NCBI RefSeq assembly: GCF_009914755.1
Contig: NC_060945.1
DNA: 64,000 nucleotides
Reading direction: 5' to 3' (one strand)
Origin: the human T2T-CHM13v2.0 reference genome, Homo sapiens
Part shown: positions 13,814 through 26,151 of the stretch, piece after piece
Layout: the number at the start of each line of letters is the position of its first letter
Numbering within the stretch: position 1 is the first letter of the stretch
Notes under the pieces: model-generated
Databases searched by the model: none
What the model was told of the DNA's origin: nothing
What the model saw: the letters and a program-made list of their open reading frames with translations, nothing else
Translations under genes and position numbers: made by a program

Positions 13814-15029
13814 GTAAGAGTTCAGAAGGAAACACACACAGATACACCCTGACAAATCACACTGGCTGTCATCCCACCACCATGTAGTCTACTAGGATTT
13901 CAGGTGGGATGAGTAAAAATGTAGAATTAAAGTGATTCTTTCAAGATCATAATAATTAATAATTCCTAAAATAGAATTTTAAAATTCATCTTTTATGGGC
14001 CTGTATTTTTGCCTACTGTGGTATTACAGATATCCGCTTATACCCCTCTTGCATTTCACCAAAAACACTTTGGTTTTGTACTGTGGCAGACAATCTAAGG
14101 AAATACATTTTATCTCTTCTACCTGTTTTTTCCTTGCTCTATTTCAAGGCAGAATTCACGATTTGAAATTCCTTGCCACATGGATGTTAGTCTGGCAGAA
14201 AACATAAGCAATCTTAAATCCAAAGCTTTTTTTGGCTTTATATAAAAATCTCAGCCCTTTAGAAGAAATGGAGTTCCAAAGTTGGTGAGAAGGGGAGTGG
14301 TTCTGAATGCAGGGAAAGAGTTGAGTCAGAATGGGAAAGGGAGGAAGGACCTCAAGCCCCGCAGTCTGGCAGTTCCAGGGAGAGTGATCAGGCCTTAGAA
14401 AGGAATAGTTCGTGGTTCCCAGCCTTACCCAAATCCCCAACCCTAAGTGAGACACAGAGGCTGTGTCGCTAGACATAAAGAGACCATAATAGATGTATTC
14501 AGTAGTAGAGCAAAAAATTCAAGGATCTTAGATGGATCCTTCTGCTGTTTTATTGTTTTCTTTGCCTTCTCAGTGCCTGATCTGAGAGCGCGTGTCTATA
14601 TGTGTGGGTGTATGCACCTTATGTGTGTGCGTGCATGGTGGTGGGATTTAGAGGATGGGGCCAAGCATGAGTAGGAATTCCAACGGAGTGAGTCACAAAG
14701 TTGAACTAAGTTGATTTAAAGAAATAAAGACATAATAGTCTTTCCATATCAAAGTATATGGACTAAATTGATCTCGGCCATAGTTGACCATTAACGATTA
14801 TACATAAAGAACCAAATTTCCTGGTTTGAATATAAGTGGAAGCCATTGATTTTTCTAGGAAGTTGAATACATTATGCTTATCATGTATACCTTCCAAAAA
14901 GTTACCTCATGTCAAATTGTGCACAAATTAGATCTGTTTCCTAACTTGCCGAATGAAGTTGTTTATGGTTTTGAAACCTTTCCCCTTGGAAAGGTGCAGT
15001 GGACGTTACTCTGCCAAATCTCAAAATGC

Positions 15030-15185
15030 ACTGATTCACTCCACAGATGTTTACAGCCAGTGTTTACATGTGTTTACCAGTGTTTACGTGTCTTCCATCA
15101 ACCAAGCACTGACCTTGGCTTTGGAATATGATGCTAAATGGCATACAGTCCAGCTCCCAAGGTACTCAGAAGCCTGGGACAGGGA
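15030..15185 (-). mobile_element. L2 3' end fragment with local TGTTTAC tandem expansion
   Basis: Resembles the antisense L2 tail (ATTCAyTC.ACARAT.TTTA...CCARGCACTG...). Four TGTTTAC copies at 15048, 15061, 15071 and 15081. Confidence 0.55.
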
Positions 15186-15984
15186 ATCTACTTCACCCTC
15201 AAATTTCTTACCCTATGGAGGAATCCTTGTATTTAACAGAGACCAGCCAACAAACAGTGCCCCATACTGGAATGTCAGAATGGGAAGGAGAGAGAAGATC
15301 ACAAGCGTCTTGTGTTGTGAACCTCAAACCCTGAAATCTGGCAGCACCAGGGAAGAGTCCTCAGAAAGAATGGCTCTGTGGTTCCCAAACTCTCCCAAAT
15401 CCCTATTCCCTAAGTGTAACCAAGTGAGCCAAGCAAATGGTCATCCCTCTCACTTCACCTGGAGGTAAATTTGTGCCTGAGGCCGATTACCGCTTCCTGT
15501 TCCCCATCATGATGTCAAAATGCAAATGGCAGGTATGATGAAGATGAGCATATGATAGAAATAAGACTGTATTTCACAAAAATATAATCAAATCTTTATA
15601 TTTCAAAATAAGCTTACAGATCTCCACCTAATATGACTTCAAGTAAATTTACATTATGTGGACCTACCATTTCCTAAGTATTTGCTATACTGCTCCATGG
15701 CTCTGTCAAATGTCTCTTCAGACTCTTAGATGGGATTATTGCCATCTACAAATAACTTCTGCTTTTTTAAAAAAGTCATTCAACAAACTTTATGAAACCA
15801 CCAGGAACTGGATCAGGTGGTGGGGATTAAGGATGAAGGCCACGCTCTCTGCTTATCTTAAACTCAATAGCTTTCCTTGATTATATCAACATTTTTTCAA
15901 CTCCTTTCATTTAAAGAATACATTTTTTTTGAAAAAGCATTTAGTTATGATTCAGAAATATAGCAATATAGTGAGATAAAGCTT

Positions 15985-16050
15985 ATATATGTGTATATAT
16001 ATGTGTATATATATGTATATATATATACATATGTGTATATATATATATAC

Positions 16051-16090
<40 letters not shown>
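15985..16090. repeat. (TA)n/(TG)n compound microsatellite grown in an Alu tail
   Basis: Directly visible; abuts the ~40-nt poly-T of the Alu. Confidence 0.95.
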
Positions 16091-16131
<41 letters not shown>

Positions 16132-16410
16132 AGACAGAGTCTCACTCTGTCTCCCGGGCTGGACTGCAACGGCACGATCTGGGCTCACTGCAAACTCCAC
16201 CTCCTGGGTTCAAGCGATTCCCCTGCCTCAGCCTCCTGAATAGTTGGGATTAGAAGTGCGTGCCATCACAGCCAGCTAATTTTTGTATTTTTCCTGGAGA
16301 TGGGGTTTCACCATATTGGCCAGGATGGTCTCAGTCTCTTGACCTCGTGATCCACCTGCCTTGGTCTCCCAAACTGCTGGGATTACAGGCGTGAGCCACT
16401 GCACCTGGCC
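16091..16410 (-). mobile_element. AluSc-like
   Basis: Antisense Alu with TTGGCCAGGATGGTC..TCTCTTGACCTCGTGATCC; flanks CTTATATAT / CTTATAGAT. Confidence 0.9.
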
Positions 16411-16957
16411 ACTTATAGATATTTTTTAGGAGGTACCCTAAGCCAGACTTTTGCCCTGAAGACTTTTCTACTCTGCAGTGTTTATTTTTCTGTTTCAAGA
16501 TGTCTGCAGCAGAAAGAATAATGCAAAATTTCAACATCAGTGTTATTCTAAAAACAATCATATGAAAAATTCAGGTTCCTTCAATAACGACTACCTTGAA
16601 AAATAAAAAATTCAGTCACGCAGTTGGTTTTTTTAGTCTTGAGAATATCAAACTGTGTGTGACTGACTTTCACTAAATTGACTAGTCACTGTTGAATGAC
16701 ATGCCCCTTAGCTAGGACAGCCTGGAAAATTGTTTTCAAAGCTTTTGGGACTCTTTCACTCCAATTTTTAGCACAGATTCAAGAATATCTACTTAGCTAC
16801 CAGGCATCTTCTAGGGTATAGACATTTCTGTACAAAGGACTGATCACCCTCTTCACTGAGCCCTCTCCAGAGTGGGACTTCAGTTGCTTAGTGTAAGAAA
16901 ACTAGTCTTTTAAGTCACTTTTCATTTCCTTATAATTCATGGGTTTTCTCACTTCAG

Positions 16958-17029
16958 TCCCTGTCAGAGGTCAGAATGTTTTCCCTCCATTCTTCAGCAT
17001 CTTCATTTGCCTACAATTATTGTTCAAAG
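16958..17029 (+). other. Candidate exon (acceptor at 16957 or 16997)
   Basis: Perfect donor AAG|GTAAGT at 17029/17030, with two pyrimidine-rich CAG acceptors upstream. Confidence 0.28.
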
Positions 17030-17228
17030 GTAAGTTGGAAGCTGTCCATAGGAAGAAATGTATGATGTAGTACATGACACAATAGTCATGTACCTTATGT
17101 GGTTACTGTAGCTTGCAGAGCATCAGTCTTAGTAGGTGATCAGTAACTGGTTGTGGAATAAATAAAGCAATGATTGAATGACAATATAACTGAAGAATCA
17201 ATGGGCAATGCATATAGGAGTTACTAAG

Positions 17229-17589
17229 TGTATTCGTCCATTCTCACATTGCTATACAGATACTACCTGACACTGGGTAATTTTTAAACAAAAGAAGTTT
17301 AATTGACTCCCAGTTCCACATGGCTGAGGAGGCTTCAGGAAACTTGCAATTACGGAGGAAGGTGAAGGGAAGCAAGGCACATCTTCACAAGGTGGCAGGA
17401 GAGAGAAAGAAGGGAAAGTGCCACACTTTAAAACCATCAGATCTCCTGCGAACTCCTTCACTATTATGAGAACAGCATGGAGAAACTGTCCCCATGATCC
17501 AATCACCTCCCACTAAGTCCTTCCCACAATACGTGGGGATTACAGTTCGAGATGAGATTTGGGTGGGGATACAGAGCCAAACCATATCA
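17229..17589 (-). mobile_element. THE1D/MSTA solo LTR
   Basis: TG...CA MaLR LTR, antisense; perfect TSD CTAAG. Confidence 0.92.
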
Positions 17590-17689
17590 CTAAGTAATCC
17601 GATACCATAAGAATTACTTAAATATTTTTTACCACATTACGTTTTTTTCAAGTAAGAAATGTTTTCAATTCTGATGTTAGCCAACTTAG

Positions 17690-18195
17690 GGTGTCTTATT
17701 GTTTTCCCCAGTGACCAAGCAGAAAACAAAATGCTCAAAAAGGATCAGAGAAGAGAGTTCAACAAAGGGATTGTTTACAATCATGTGGGTGGGGTTAAGT
17801 GCAGTATTACATCAAAGAATAGTGCAGTACTTTGGAGTCAGCAAAAGCTGGAGTGCTGAGGGGCAGGGGGAGGAAGCAGTTAGTGACTGGAACATAGAGT
17901 GGCTGCATTAAGAGGGCCATCCAATAAGAAGAGTGTCCTTGGGTGGAAGGCCAGAGCCAGCTTGTGATGACTTGCCAGGAAGGTTGCTGTTGGAATAAAA
18001 GTGCTTACATCATTCTGCACTAAACTTTCAATTTCCTGGCAAGTATCTTCCATTGGCCAAACTGAAAGCTGGAGGGCAAGGAAGCTTGTTGGTGCAGTCC
18101 CTAGAAGTTGAAGTCTTGGATTTCAAAGGAGGATAGCGAAGGTTGGAAAGCGAATCTGGCGTGGGGGGTGGGGCAAACCCCAAATATCCAGGTGC
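17690..18195 (-). mobile_element. LTR33 (ERVL) solo LTR, diverged
   Basis: CCATTGGCCAAAC...GGAGGGCAAGGAAGC.TGTTG.TGCAGTCC...GAATCTGG...GGGGCAAAC..AAATATCCAG matches antisense LTR33. Confidence 0.65.
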
Positions 18196-18401
18196 CTTCT
18201 CTATTTATTAGCTGAGGTGGTTAATTGGTGGTCTTCCAAGTATTGACAGTTTCCTTCCAATCTTTATTTGTGCAGGATAATATCTCTTTCAGAGGTAGGG
18301 AAAACATGATGGAAAGCATAAATTTCAACCATGAAATTCCATGCCCCCTCCCTCACAGAAGGTATTGTGACAGAAAAGAAATGTAGAACTTCAATTCACT
18401 T

Positions 18402-18439
18402 TATAAGTACCGCGTGCTAACCAATTGTGCCACTGGAGC
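18402..18439 (-). pseudogene. Tailless retrocopy of the 5' half (5' exon) of tRNA-Ile(UAU)
   Basis: Minus strand GCTCCAGTGGCACAATTGGTTAGCACGCGGTACTTATA is 35/38 identical to the human tRNA-Ile-TAT 5' exon, and all 3 differences are CpG transitions. Flanked by a degenerate 13-bp direct repeat (18391-18403, 18448-18460). Confidence 0.85.
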
Positions 18440-18555
18440 CACAGCACTCAATTTATTTTAGATTCCTAGTTAGCATAATTTGTAGAAAATCAAAGCTAGA
18501 CAGTAGTGATGTCTCTCAAATTTGTTTGACAAGAGGTCTAAAAATTGTCCATATG

Positions 18556-19171
18556 TGTATTAGGCTGCTCTTGCATTGCTAGAACAGCACGTATGAATAT
18601 CCCACACATGGATATCCCAAGTTTTAACTTCAGAGGCTGAATATGTCTGATCGCATTGCAGAACACAATAAATCATCTTGTCTCAGAGAAAATCCTATAA
18701 TTAGGTAATTGGCATTGATACGGTTGACCTAAAAGGGAATTGTGGAGTAGAGGTTTGCTTGCAATTTCTTTAAAATACCTGAGTCTGGGTAATTTATAAA
18801 GAAAGGAGATTTAATTGTCGTAGTGTTCTGCAGGTTGTACAGGAGGCATGATGCCGGCATCTGCTTGGCTTCTGGGGAGGCCTCAGGGAGCTTTTAGTCA
18901 TGGTGGAAGGCAAAATGGGAGCTTGCACAGCACATAGCAAAAGCAGGAGCAAGAAAGAGTGTGGTGGAGGGAGGTGCCACAGACTTTTAAATGACCAGAT
19001 CTCATGAGAACTTATTCACTATGGCAAGGACAGCAACAAGGGGATGGTACTAAGCCATTCATGAGAAATCTGCCTCCATGATCCCATCACCTCCCACTAG
19101 GCCCCACCTCCAACAATGGGGATTACAAATCGGCATGAGATTTAGAGGGGACATATATCCAAACTATATTA
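18556..19171 (-). mobile_element. MSTB-type solo LTR interrupted by a ~190-bp insertion (18582-18770)
   Basis: TGTATTAGGC..TCTTGCATTGCTA | TAAAATACCTGAG... ATATCCAAACTATAT(T)A. TSD ATATG/ATACA, both derivable from ATACG by CpG decay. Confidence 0.9.
18603..18765 (+). repeat. Dispersed direct duplicate of 19670-19835
   Basis: About 160 bp, about 90% identical by manual alignment. Confidence 0.95.
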
Positions 19172-19279
19172 ATACAATCTTTTGCCATGTATATTTAGAA
19201 AGAAAAATGTCTTCAATTTCTGTTTTGAAAAAATGCATTAGTTTCCCTAAAAGTGCAGCCTGATACATAGATTTTTAAG

Positions 19280-19637
19280 TACATCTCTAAGGACATGAGG
19301 CAAGCAGGATGACACAGGGGAAGAAACTAAGGAAAGGTGTGGTTACAGCTGACCTGTGGCCTCAGCCTGATGCCATAGGGAACTCTGGAGTGTGAGCGGT
19401 GCAAAAAATTATCCTGCAAGGAGGCTGGCCACATAATCAGTCCTTAGCTGCAGCTATTCCAATGATGGTGGAAGCTTGGGCCTCAGCTATGTCCAGGAAA
19501 AGGGGCTTTCCTTGGCCAAGGCCAATTATGCAGAAGACAGTGTATCCATGAGCCACTGAAAACCCACACTTACGACAGCTTGGAGATGGGTGCACAGATG
19601 CACTAAAGGAGATCTGGGCAGGGCACAACATCTACTA
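19280..19637 (-). mobile_element. LTR16-family (ERVL) LTR fragment
   Basis: Ends AAGGAGATCTGGGCAGGGCAC..CATCTACTA, the antisense of the LTR16A start. Confidence 0.6.
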
Positions 19638-19996
19638 GATATATATAAGTTTGTAGGCAGAATCCTCCTCACCCATGAATATCACCAGGTTTTAACTTCA
19701 GAGGCTGAATATGTCTGATCATATTGCAGAACACAGTAAATCACCTTGTCTCAGAGAAAATCCTATACAGCAATTAGGTAATTGGCATTGATAAGGTTGA
19801 CCTGAAAGGAAATTGTGAAGTAGAAGTCTTGTAATACGACAGTCTTTTGAAGCCTCCCATTAAAAGCCCCCTACCACCTATCATATTTTTCCCCCTCCTC
19901 ATGGCTTACTCTACCTCCTTTTTATGCCTTTCCACTCATCCAGAGGTTGTTTTGAGACCCAGTCCTACCTGGCTTTACTATCACAAGAGTACTGAT

Positions 19997-20380
19997 TGAT
20001 ATGGTTTGGATTTGTGTCCCTGCCCAAATCTCATGCTGAATTGTAATCCCCAGTGTTGGAGGAGGGGCCTGGTGAGAGGTGATTGGATCATGGGGGTGGG
20101 CTTCTCCCTTGCTGCTCTCATGATAGTGAGTGAGTTATCATGAGATCTGGTTGTTTAAAAGTGTGTAGCACCTCCCCCCGCCCCTGCTTCCTCCTGCTCC
20201 AGCCGTGTAAGATGTGACTCCTTCCTCTTCACCTTCCACCATGATTGAAAGTTTCTTAAGGACTTCCCAGCTATATTTTCTATATAACCTGCAGAACTGT
20301 GAGCCAGTTAAACCTCTTTTGTTCATAAATTACCCGGTCTGGGGTAGTTCTTTACAGCAATGCAAGAAGGAACCAATACA
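19997..20380 (+). mobile_element. MSTA/MSTB solo LTR
   Basis: TGATATGGTTTGGAT...AATACA; perfect TSD CTGAT. Confidence 0.92.
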
Positions 20381-20959
20381 CTGATACTAAGATGTTAGCT
20401 GAGATGGTAACTGATAAGATTTAATCAGGAGGATGTTAAAATGTTTACGACATATATACTAACCAATCAGTAGTAGCCAATCAGACCATTCTATGGTTAG
20501 AGCTTCCTTACTGAGCCACGTATTAACCATTCGTTCATTGCCAAGTCATTAAGAGATAGAGTCACTGGAGGAGGTACTGAGACAGCCCAGGTAGAGTGGA
20601 AGGGCACTGGGTTTGGGGAGGCTCAGGGCATAAGCTGATTAACCTGCTGGAAAGTATTTCATTATGGCTATACCAGTACCTACTGACTAAATATCAGCCC
20701 AGAAGAGTTGCTTCCGATATAATACGTTTTTATTGTTATTGTTGTTGTTGCTTTAAGTAAATCCTAAATAACTGTGACTTTGAATCTTGGCAGTTCCTGG
20801 AATCACAGAAGTCAGAAACTCATAAGACCGGTCCCAGATACAATTATAATCATAGCTGTAACTTAACACTAAATCAAGATTATCACGAAGCTTTTGCATC
20901 TAGTTTAAAACAGTAAGTTAAATAGGAACATAGAAACATACTTATTGTTGGAGGTCATT

Positions 20960-21990
20960 ATTTTTTAAAATTGTGTTTTTTCTTCAACCTTTAAGTTCCA
21001 GGGTACATGTGCAGGATGTGCAGGTTTGTTACATAGACGAATGTGTGCCATGGTGATTTGCTGTACAGATCAACCCATCACCTAGGTATTAAGCCCAGCA
21101 TCAATTAGCTATTCTTGCTGATGCTCTCCCTTCCCCTGTTCCCCCTCACAGGTTGCAGTGTGTTTTGTTTCCCTCTATGTGTTCATGTGTTCTCATTGTT
21201 CAGCTCTCACTTATAAGTGAGAATATGCAGTGTTTGGTTTTCTTTTCCTGTGTTAGTTAGCTGAGGGTAATGGCTTCCAACTCCATCCATGTCTCTGCAA
21301 AGGACATGATCTCATTCTTTTTTATGGCTGCATAGTATTCCATGGTGTATGGGTACCATATTTTCTTTATCCAGTCTATTATTGAAGGGCATTTGGGTTG
21401 ATTCCATGTCTTTGCTATTGTGAATAGTGCTGCAGTGAACATATGAGTGCATGTATCTTTATAATAGAATAACTTATATTCCTTTGGGTATATACCTGGG
21501 AAAGGGATTGCTGGGTCAAATGGTATTTTTGCCTCTAGGCCTTTGAGGAATTGCTATACTGTCTTCCACAATGGTTGAACTCATTTATATTGCCATCAAC
21601 AATGTAAAGGCATTTCTTTTTCTCCACAACAACAGCAGCATCAGTTGTTTTTTTTGACATTTTAATAATTGCCATTCTGACTGGCATGAGATGGTATCTC
21701 ATTGTGGTTTTGATTTACACTTCTCTAATGATCAGTAATGTTGAGCTTTTTAAAATATGTTTGTTGGCTGTATGAATGTCTTCTTTTGAGAAGTGTTGTG
21801 TTCATGTCCTTTGCCCACTTTTTAATGCGGTTGTTTTTTTTTTTTTTTGTAAATTTGTTTAAGTTCCTTGTAGACTCTGGATATTAGGCCTTTGTCAGAT
21901 GGATAGATTGCAAAAGTTTTCTCCCATTCTGTAGGTTGTCTGTTGACTCTGATGATAGTTCCATTGGCTGTGCAGAAGCTCTTTAGTTTA
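20960..21990 (-). mobile_element. L1PA (about PA8-PA11) 3' ~1 kb
   Basis: Antisense L1 3' UTR and ORF2 C-terminus (ORF 21257-21442, FTAALFTIAKTWNQPKCPS). Confidence 0.92.
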
Positions 21991-23900
21991 TATACTTGCA
22001 TTTTGATAGAAAGGTAGATATAAGCTTTCTAACAAGCTGTAACCTTGAAGAAAATGGACAGTAGGCAATCTTAGCTGGTATGTAAGTAATCAATGCTTTT
22101 TCTGATCATAACTTTAATGCACAGTAATTTAATGGACAGTACTGCTAATTTATTTTTTTCCAGCATCATTTGTACAAAGTCTCCTAAAATCCATCACAGT
22201 TGAGAACAGTCTAGACAGTTATTATGACACAATCAAAAGGAAAGCTGGCAAATAAAAAAAGAAAAGTGAATAGAAGAGCTGATTAAAATAACAGTATAGT
22301 TTATAGGAGGCTTCTCTTAAATTTGTGTTTTGCAAATTTCAATTTTTGGAAGGCTCAAATCACATTAAAATATTTTACTACTACAAGTCAGCTTTCTTTT
22401 ATAGGTCTAAAGAGGAAAGAGGGAGGGGTTGCATTTACTTCTCCATAGAAAGATTTCAGCAATCTAATTAAATAAATATTATAGCAGTGCATTTGAATAG
22501 TTTTCCCATCAGTGAGGAAAGAAAATGCTCTATTTCCCTGAAGTCAGACATTTATGTCACAGTTGAAGAAGGGCAAGTCAACCATCACAGAATGAATAGT
22601 TTTGTCAAGTCGATATCTGATTTGATGGAGTCGAGTTTTCTTAATGGGAACTAAAACTGTGAAATGCACATTAATCCACTCTCTGCACACCATCTTTCCC
22701 TTTAAGGTTCCAGAAGAATTCCTATTTCCGTTTTAAAGCCATCTGCTATTGCTTTTTGCCAGTGAGTATGTGGATAGATAATTTCTCAGGGTGCAATTAG
22801 AGGAACGTGAAGAAACTACTTCATGCCATAAAGGGAGCTGAAAAAGCTAAAGCATAAATGGCAACATCTGCATGAGGTATGGAGCCAGGGAGGAGACAGA
22901 AGCATGCAAATCAGTCGCGCACTCTCAACAGAATTCCAAGGTCCAAAAAACAATCTGGGAAGATGTTTACAGAACACAAACTCATCCACATCAAAGGAGT
23001 AGAAAAGATGAATAATTGGTCAGGTGCATTCCTGTGGCAAGGAAAGGCAAAAGCAACTCAATCAATTCTGAAAAACAAAACAAAACCAACCCAGGATAAA
23101 TGAAAAGACTAGTTGAAACGTTCTCATCTTGGATTTGAAATGACTCAATTGGTTAACATGTAATTTCATTAAGTCCCAAATCAAGGAGATTGTCTTTTCG
23201 TCACTAGGATCATGGTTTTGTTCCTTTTAGTCTCCATGTCACGTACCCCTCTTGTAAGACCTTGGCAAGTGAGTGTTGCAGCAATTTTTTTCCGGAAGGT
23301 GGGCTCCACTCCTTCATATGGGAAAGTCACAAGTTTGGCTAGCGGTGATGAGATTTAATTTCACTAAAAGCTTATAGCTGAGGTTGTGTTCTCATATTCA
23401 ATACAAAGGCTGTCTTCTAGACAATTAATGTAACTCTTACATCCTCTTTAATTTGGCTCTAAAATATCTCTTTCAATTACTATAATTCTCTGATAACTTC
23501 TAACTTCCGGATGGACTGCTTGAAGCATTTTTCCCTACTTCAGAATAATGTTGGGAAAGTTCCTCATTAAGTCTTCGTTTTAGTTGAAAATCCAGAATAA
23601 TGCACCCTTGGTCTTATCTCACATATTTTTGTCATTCTGACCTCAGTGCACTGCAATCTTTGGACTTCAAGTCCCAAGCTAAGAATTAAGCCAGAGGCAG
23701 GAGCATCTGCTCATGTTATTTTTGAATCAATGGCAGCCTCTCCTCCTCCTCCTCCTCACACCTACCTACTTTTCCACCTCTTGAAAGGCCCAATTCAACA
23801 CCCATTTCCCCCTTAAAGCCTTTCCTAATCACACTAGTATTTATTAGCTGCACTGAGCTGCTCACAGCTGCACTTGTGAGCCTTCTCACCTACTTCATGG

Positions 23901-24083
23901 CTGGAGTTCTCACTCTAGCCTGATCAGCAACACTGGGAAGGCTTGTAAACCACAGATGGCTGGGCATCATCCCCAGGGTTTCTGACTTAGTAGGTGAGGG
24001 ACGAAGACCAAGAATCTGCATTTCTAAGAAGTCCACAGGTGATGCAGATGATGCTTGTCTGGGGCCATACTTTGACGATCTCT
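23901..24083 (+). mobile_element. MER5A
   Basis: CCCCAG.GTTTCTGA.T.AGTAGGT...AAGAATCTGCATTTCTAA.AAGT.C.CAGGTGATGC.GATG core. Confidence 0.8.
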
Positions 24084-25029
24084 GCTGTAGTGAATGCTTG
24101 CTACATTCTTACTCGTCCATTAAGACTCCCCTCTGTATCATCTTTCCCTGTCAGAATTAGGCCTCTCTCAACCTATACCTCTTAACTCACAAATTATCCT
24201 ACCTCGATGAAGGCAGGCTAGCAAGCTCAGACAGCTAATGCAGCCAGGAAGTTTGCAGATGTATGCATCTGGTGAGACATCAGACATCGAAAATGATCCA
24301 TGATCTTCCCAATGGATCATAAACATGCTCACAGAGTAGACACCCTGTTGAGACAGGGCTACATGGTGACCAGGCTTGGGACAAGACAGAGATAAGGCCA
24401 CACTGCTAACAGAAAAAAGGCTAAAGATCCCTCCTTCCGTTTGCTCCTTTGCCCGCGACAACTCAAACCTCAATTTCACCTTCCTGCCTCCCTCCTAGAT
24501 AAAAATTAGTAAGCTAATCAGTCACAAAAAGAAACCCCACCTTTTGACGGCCTCCAATCCAGGCCTGTTTCCAGCTTTCTTAAACCCTCCTACACAGATG
24601 CATATCCTTGTAGGAAGCGCCTCCCGACTTCCTTGAGAGGACCTGTATTTCCTCTGCTGTGTGTTTCTCCTGGGCTGCAGCAGGTTCAAGAACATAAACT
24701 CTTTCGCCCCAAGCTCTGTTCCTGCTGCTCTCTGCTCACTGGGCTGTGCAGACAGACAGTAGGGATGATGTGCCCCTCCTGAAGGAATTCAAAGTAAACA
24801 CAAATTTAACATTGTGCAGGACAGGCCACAGGGACTATGAGCATGTTGGGTAGGCAGAACATTACCAGCTTGCAGGCCTTGCTGAAAGGCTCAAGACCTC
24901 AAGGCCTTGCCGAAAGAACCCTATTCTAAAATCTCTGACTTCTCCAACTCTCATCAGTTTTTCTCTCTCTTCTCCGACACCCTGAGAGTTGGGTATGAAG
25001 AAAGCAGCAAACATGTGCATTGTTCCTTA

Positions 25030-25240
25030 AGATGTACAATGCATGTTTACAACCCTTGCCTCGTTTAATTTTCATATCTGTAAGCTAGGTATAGTAGATC
25101 CAGTTTAAAGATGAGGAAACTGATCCTCAGAGACATAGGTGTTAGAACAACCTCACATCAATAAAGTGACCAACTTCATACAGTAATTAAGTAAAGAAAT
25201 CAGGGTCTGAACTGAGTTTCCTGTGCTCTTTTTGCTAGAC
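25030..25240 (-). mobile_element. MIR
   Basis: Core AGATGAGGAAACTGA..CTCAGAGA. Confidence 0.7.
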
Positions 25241-25714
25241 CACGATACCTAAACCTCCTGGGAGCAGGCAACTGAGCAAAAAGATGCTCTCCTATGCTCT
25301 CGGGTGTTTTATTTTCCTTCCCATCTAGACAATACCATCCTCAGTTAGAGACCACGTTATGTATTTCTCTGGCATCCTGCCTAGCTGGATCTAGTGGAAT
25401 GCTGAGCACATAGCAGGCCCTCAGCAAGGAGTCACTGACTGATTGAAACTCATAAACCTTTCTCACAAGGAGACAGAGGGGAGAGGCTGTTTTAAAACAG
25501 AGGAACTTTTCTATCTTTGTTCCAGCATTGCAATACTAGAGGCTGTTGTTACTTTAATTCTTCAGGGTGCTCGGTATTAAAGCATTTTTCACACTTAGAA
25601 ATGTTTATTTTCCTGTTATGGTTTCTGCATTGAAAAAGGTTGGGAAGTTCAAACTTCAGTTCCACGTACGTTTTTCTGAAGTTTCATGAATATTTAGAAA
25701 ATGCATGTAGAACA

Positions 25715-26151
25715 TGTGGCAGACACTGTGCTGTGTGGTCCATATCCCCCCTTTAAGGAAAGACTTGTTGTCCCAGCTGTTGTGAGTGTTGTTGGCACCA
25801 GCCTTCAGCCATCAGCTTCTCAGGCACTGCCTGAGCTACAGTGAGCTGCCTTGCCCAAGGGTGCACCCATTTCTGGAGTGGTCCAGATCCAGGGACTGCT
25901 CAGTGAAGATATAAAATCCTGGCCATCCTGGCCCAACTCAGGACAACACTGAAGGGGCAGGACTTCAGAGCTAGTCCTGGAGTTGGTTGAAGCTGTCGTT
26001 GAGTCAGCATCATGACTCAGCATTTTTCTGCTACATCCTGCTCCCTTTTTCTCCCTCCCTTAGGTGTCGAACCCAAGGGCTCTTCTCAGCAGAGTGTCTG
26101 CATGCCACACTCTGCTTTAGAGTCTGTTCCCTGGGGAACACAACCAGAGAC
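25715..26151 (+). mobile_element. LTR16C-like solo LTR
   Basis: Starts TGTGGCAGAC; contains GCTGCCTTGCCCAAGG and GGCCCAACTCAGGACAAC; ends AGAGTCTG.T.CCTGGGGAAC.CAACC.AGAC. Confidence 0.7.

Noticed and set aside
14953-15468. Longest ORF in the window (171 aa)
   Set aside because: Crosses an L2 remnant and a tandem expansion; no recognisable domain or gene context.
15945-16253. Poly-K/F and IY-repeat ORFs
   Set aside because: Translations of microsatellite, poly-T and Alu.
18402-18439. Functional tRNA-Ile gene
   Set aside because: No T-arm/B-box or 3' acceptor strand; CpG-decayed 5' half only.
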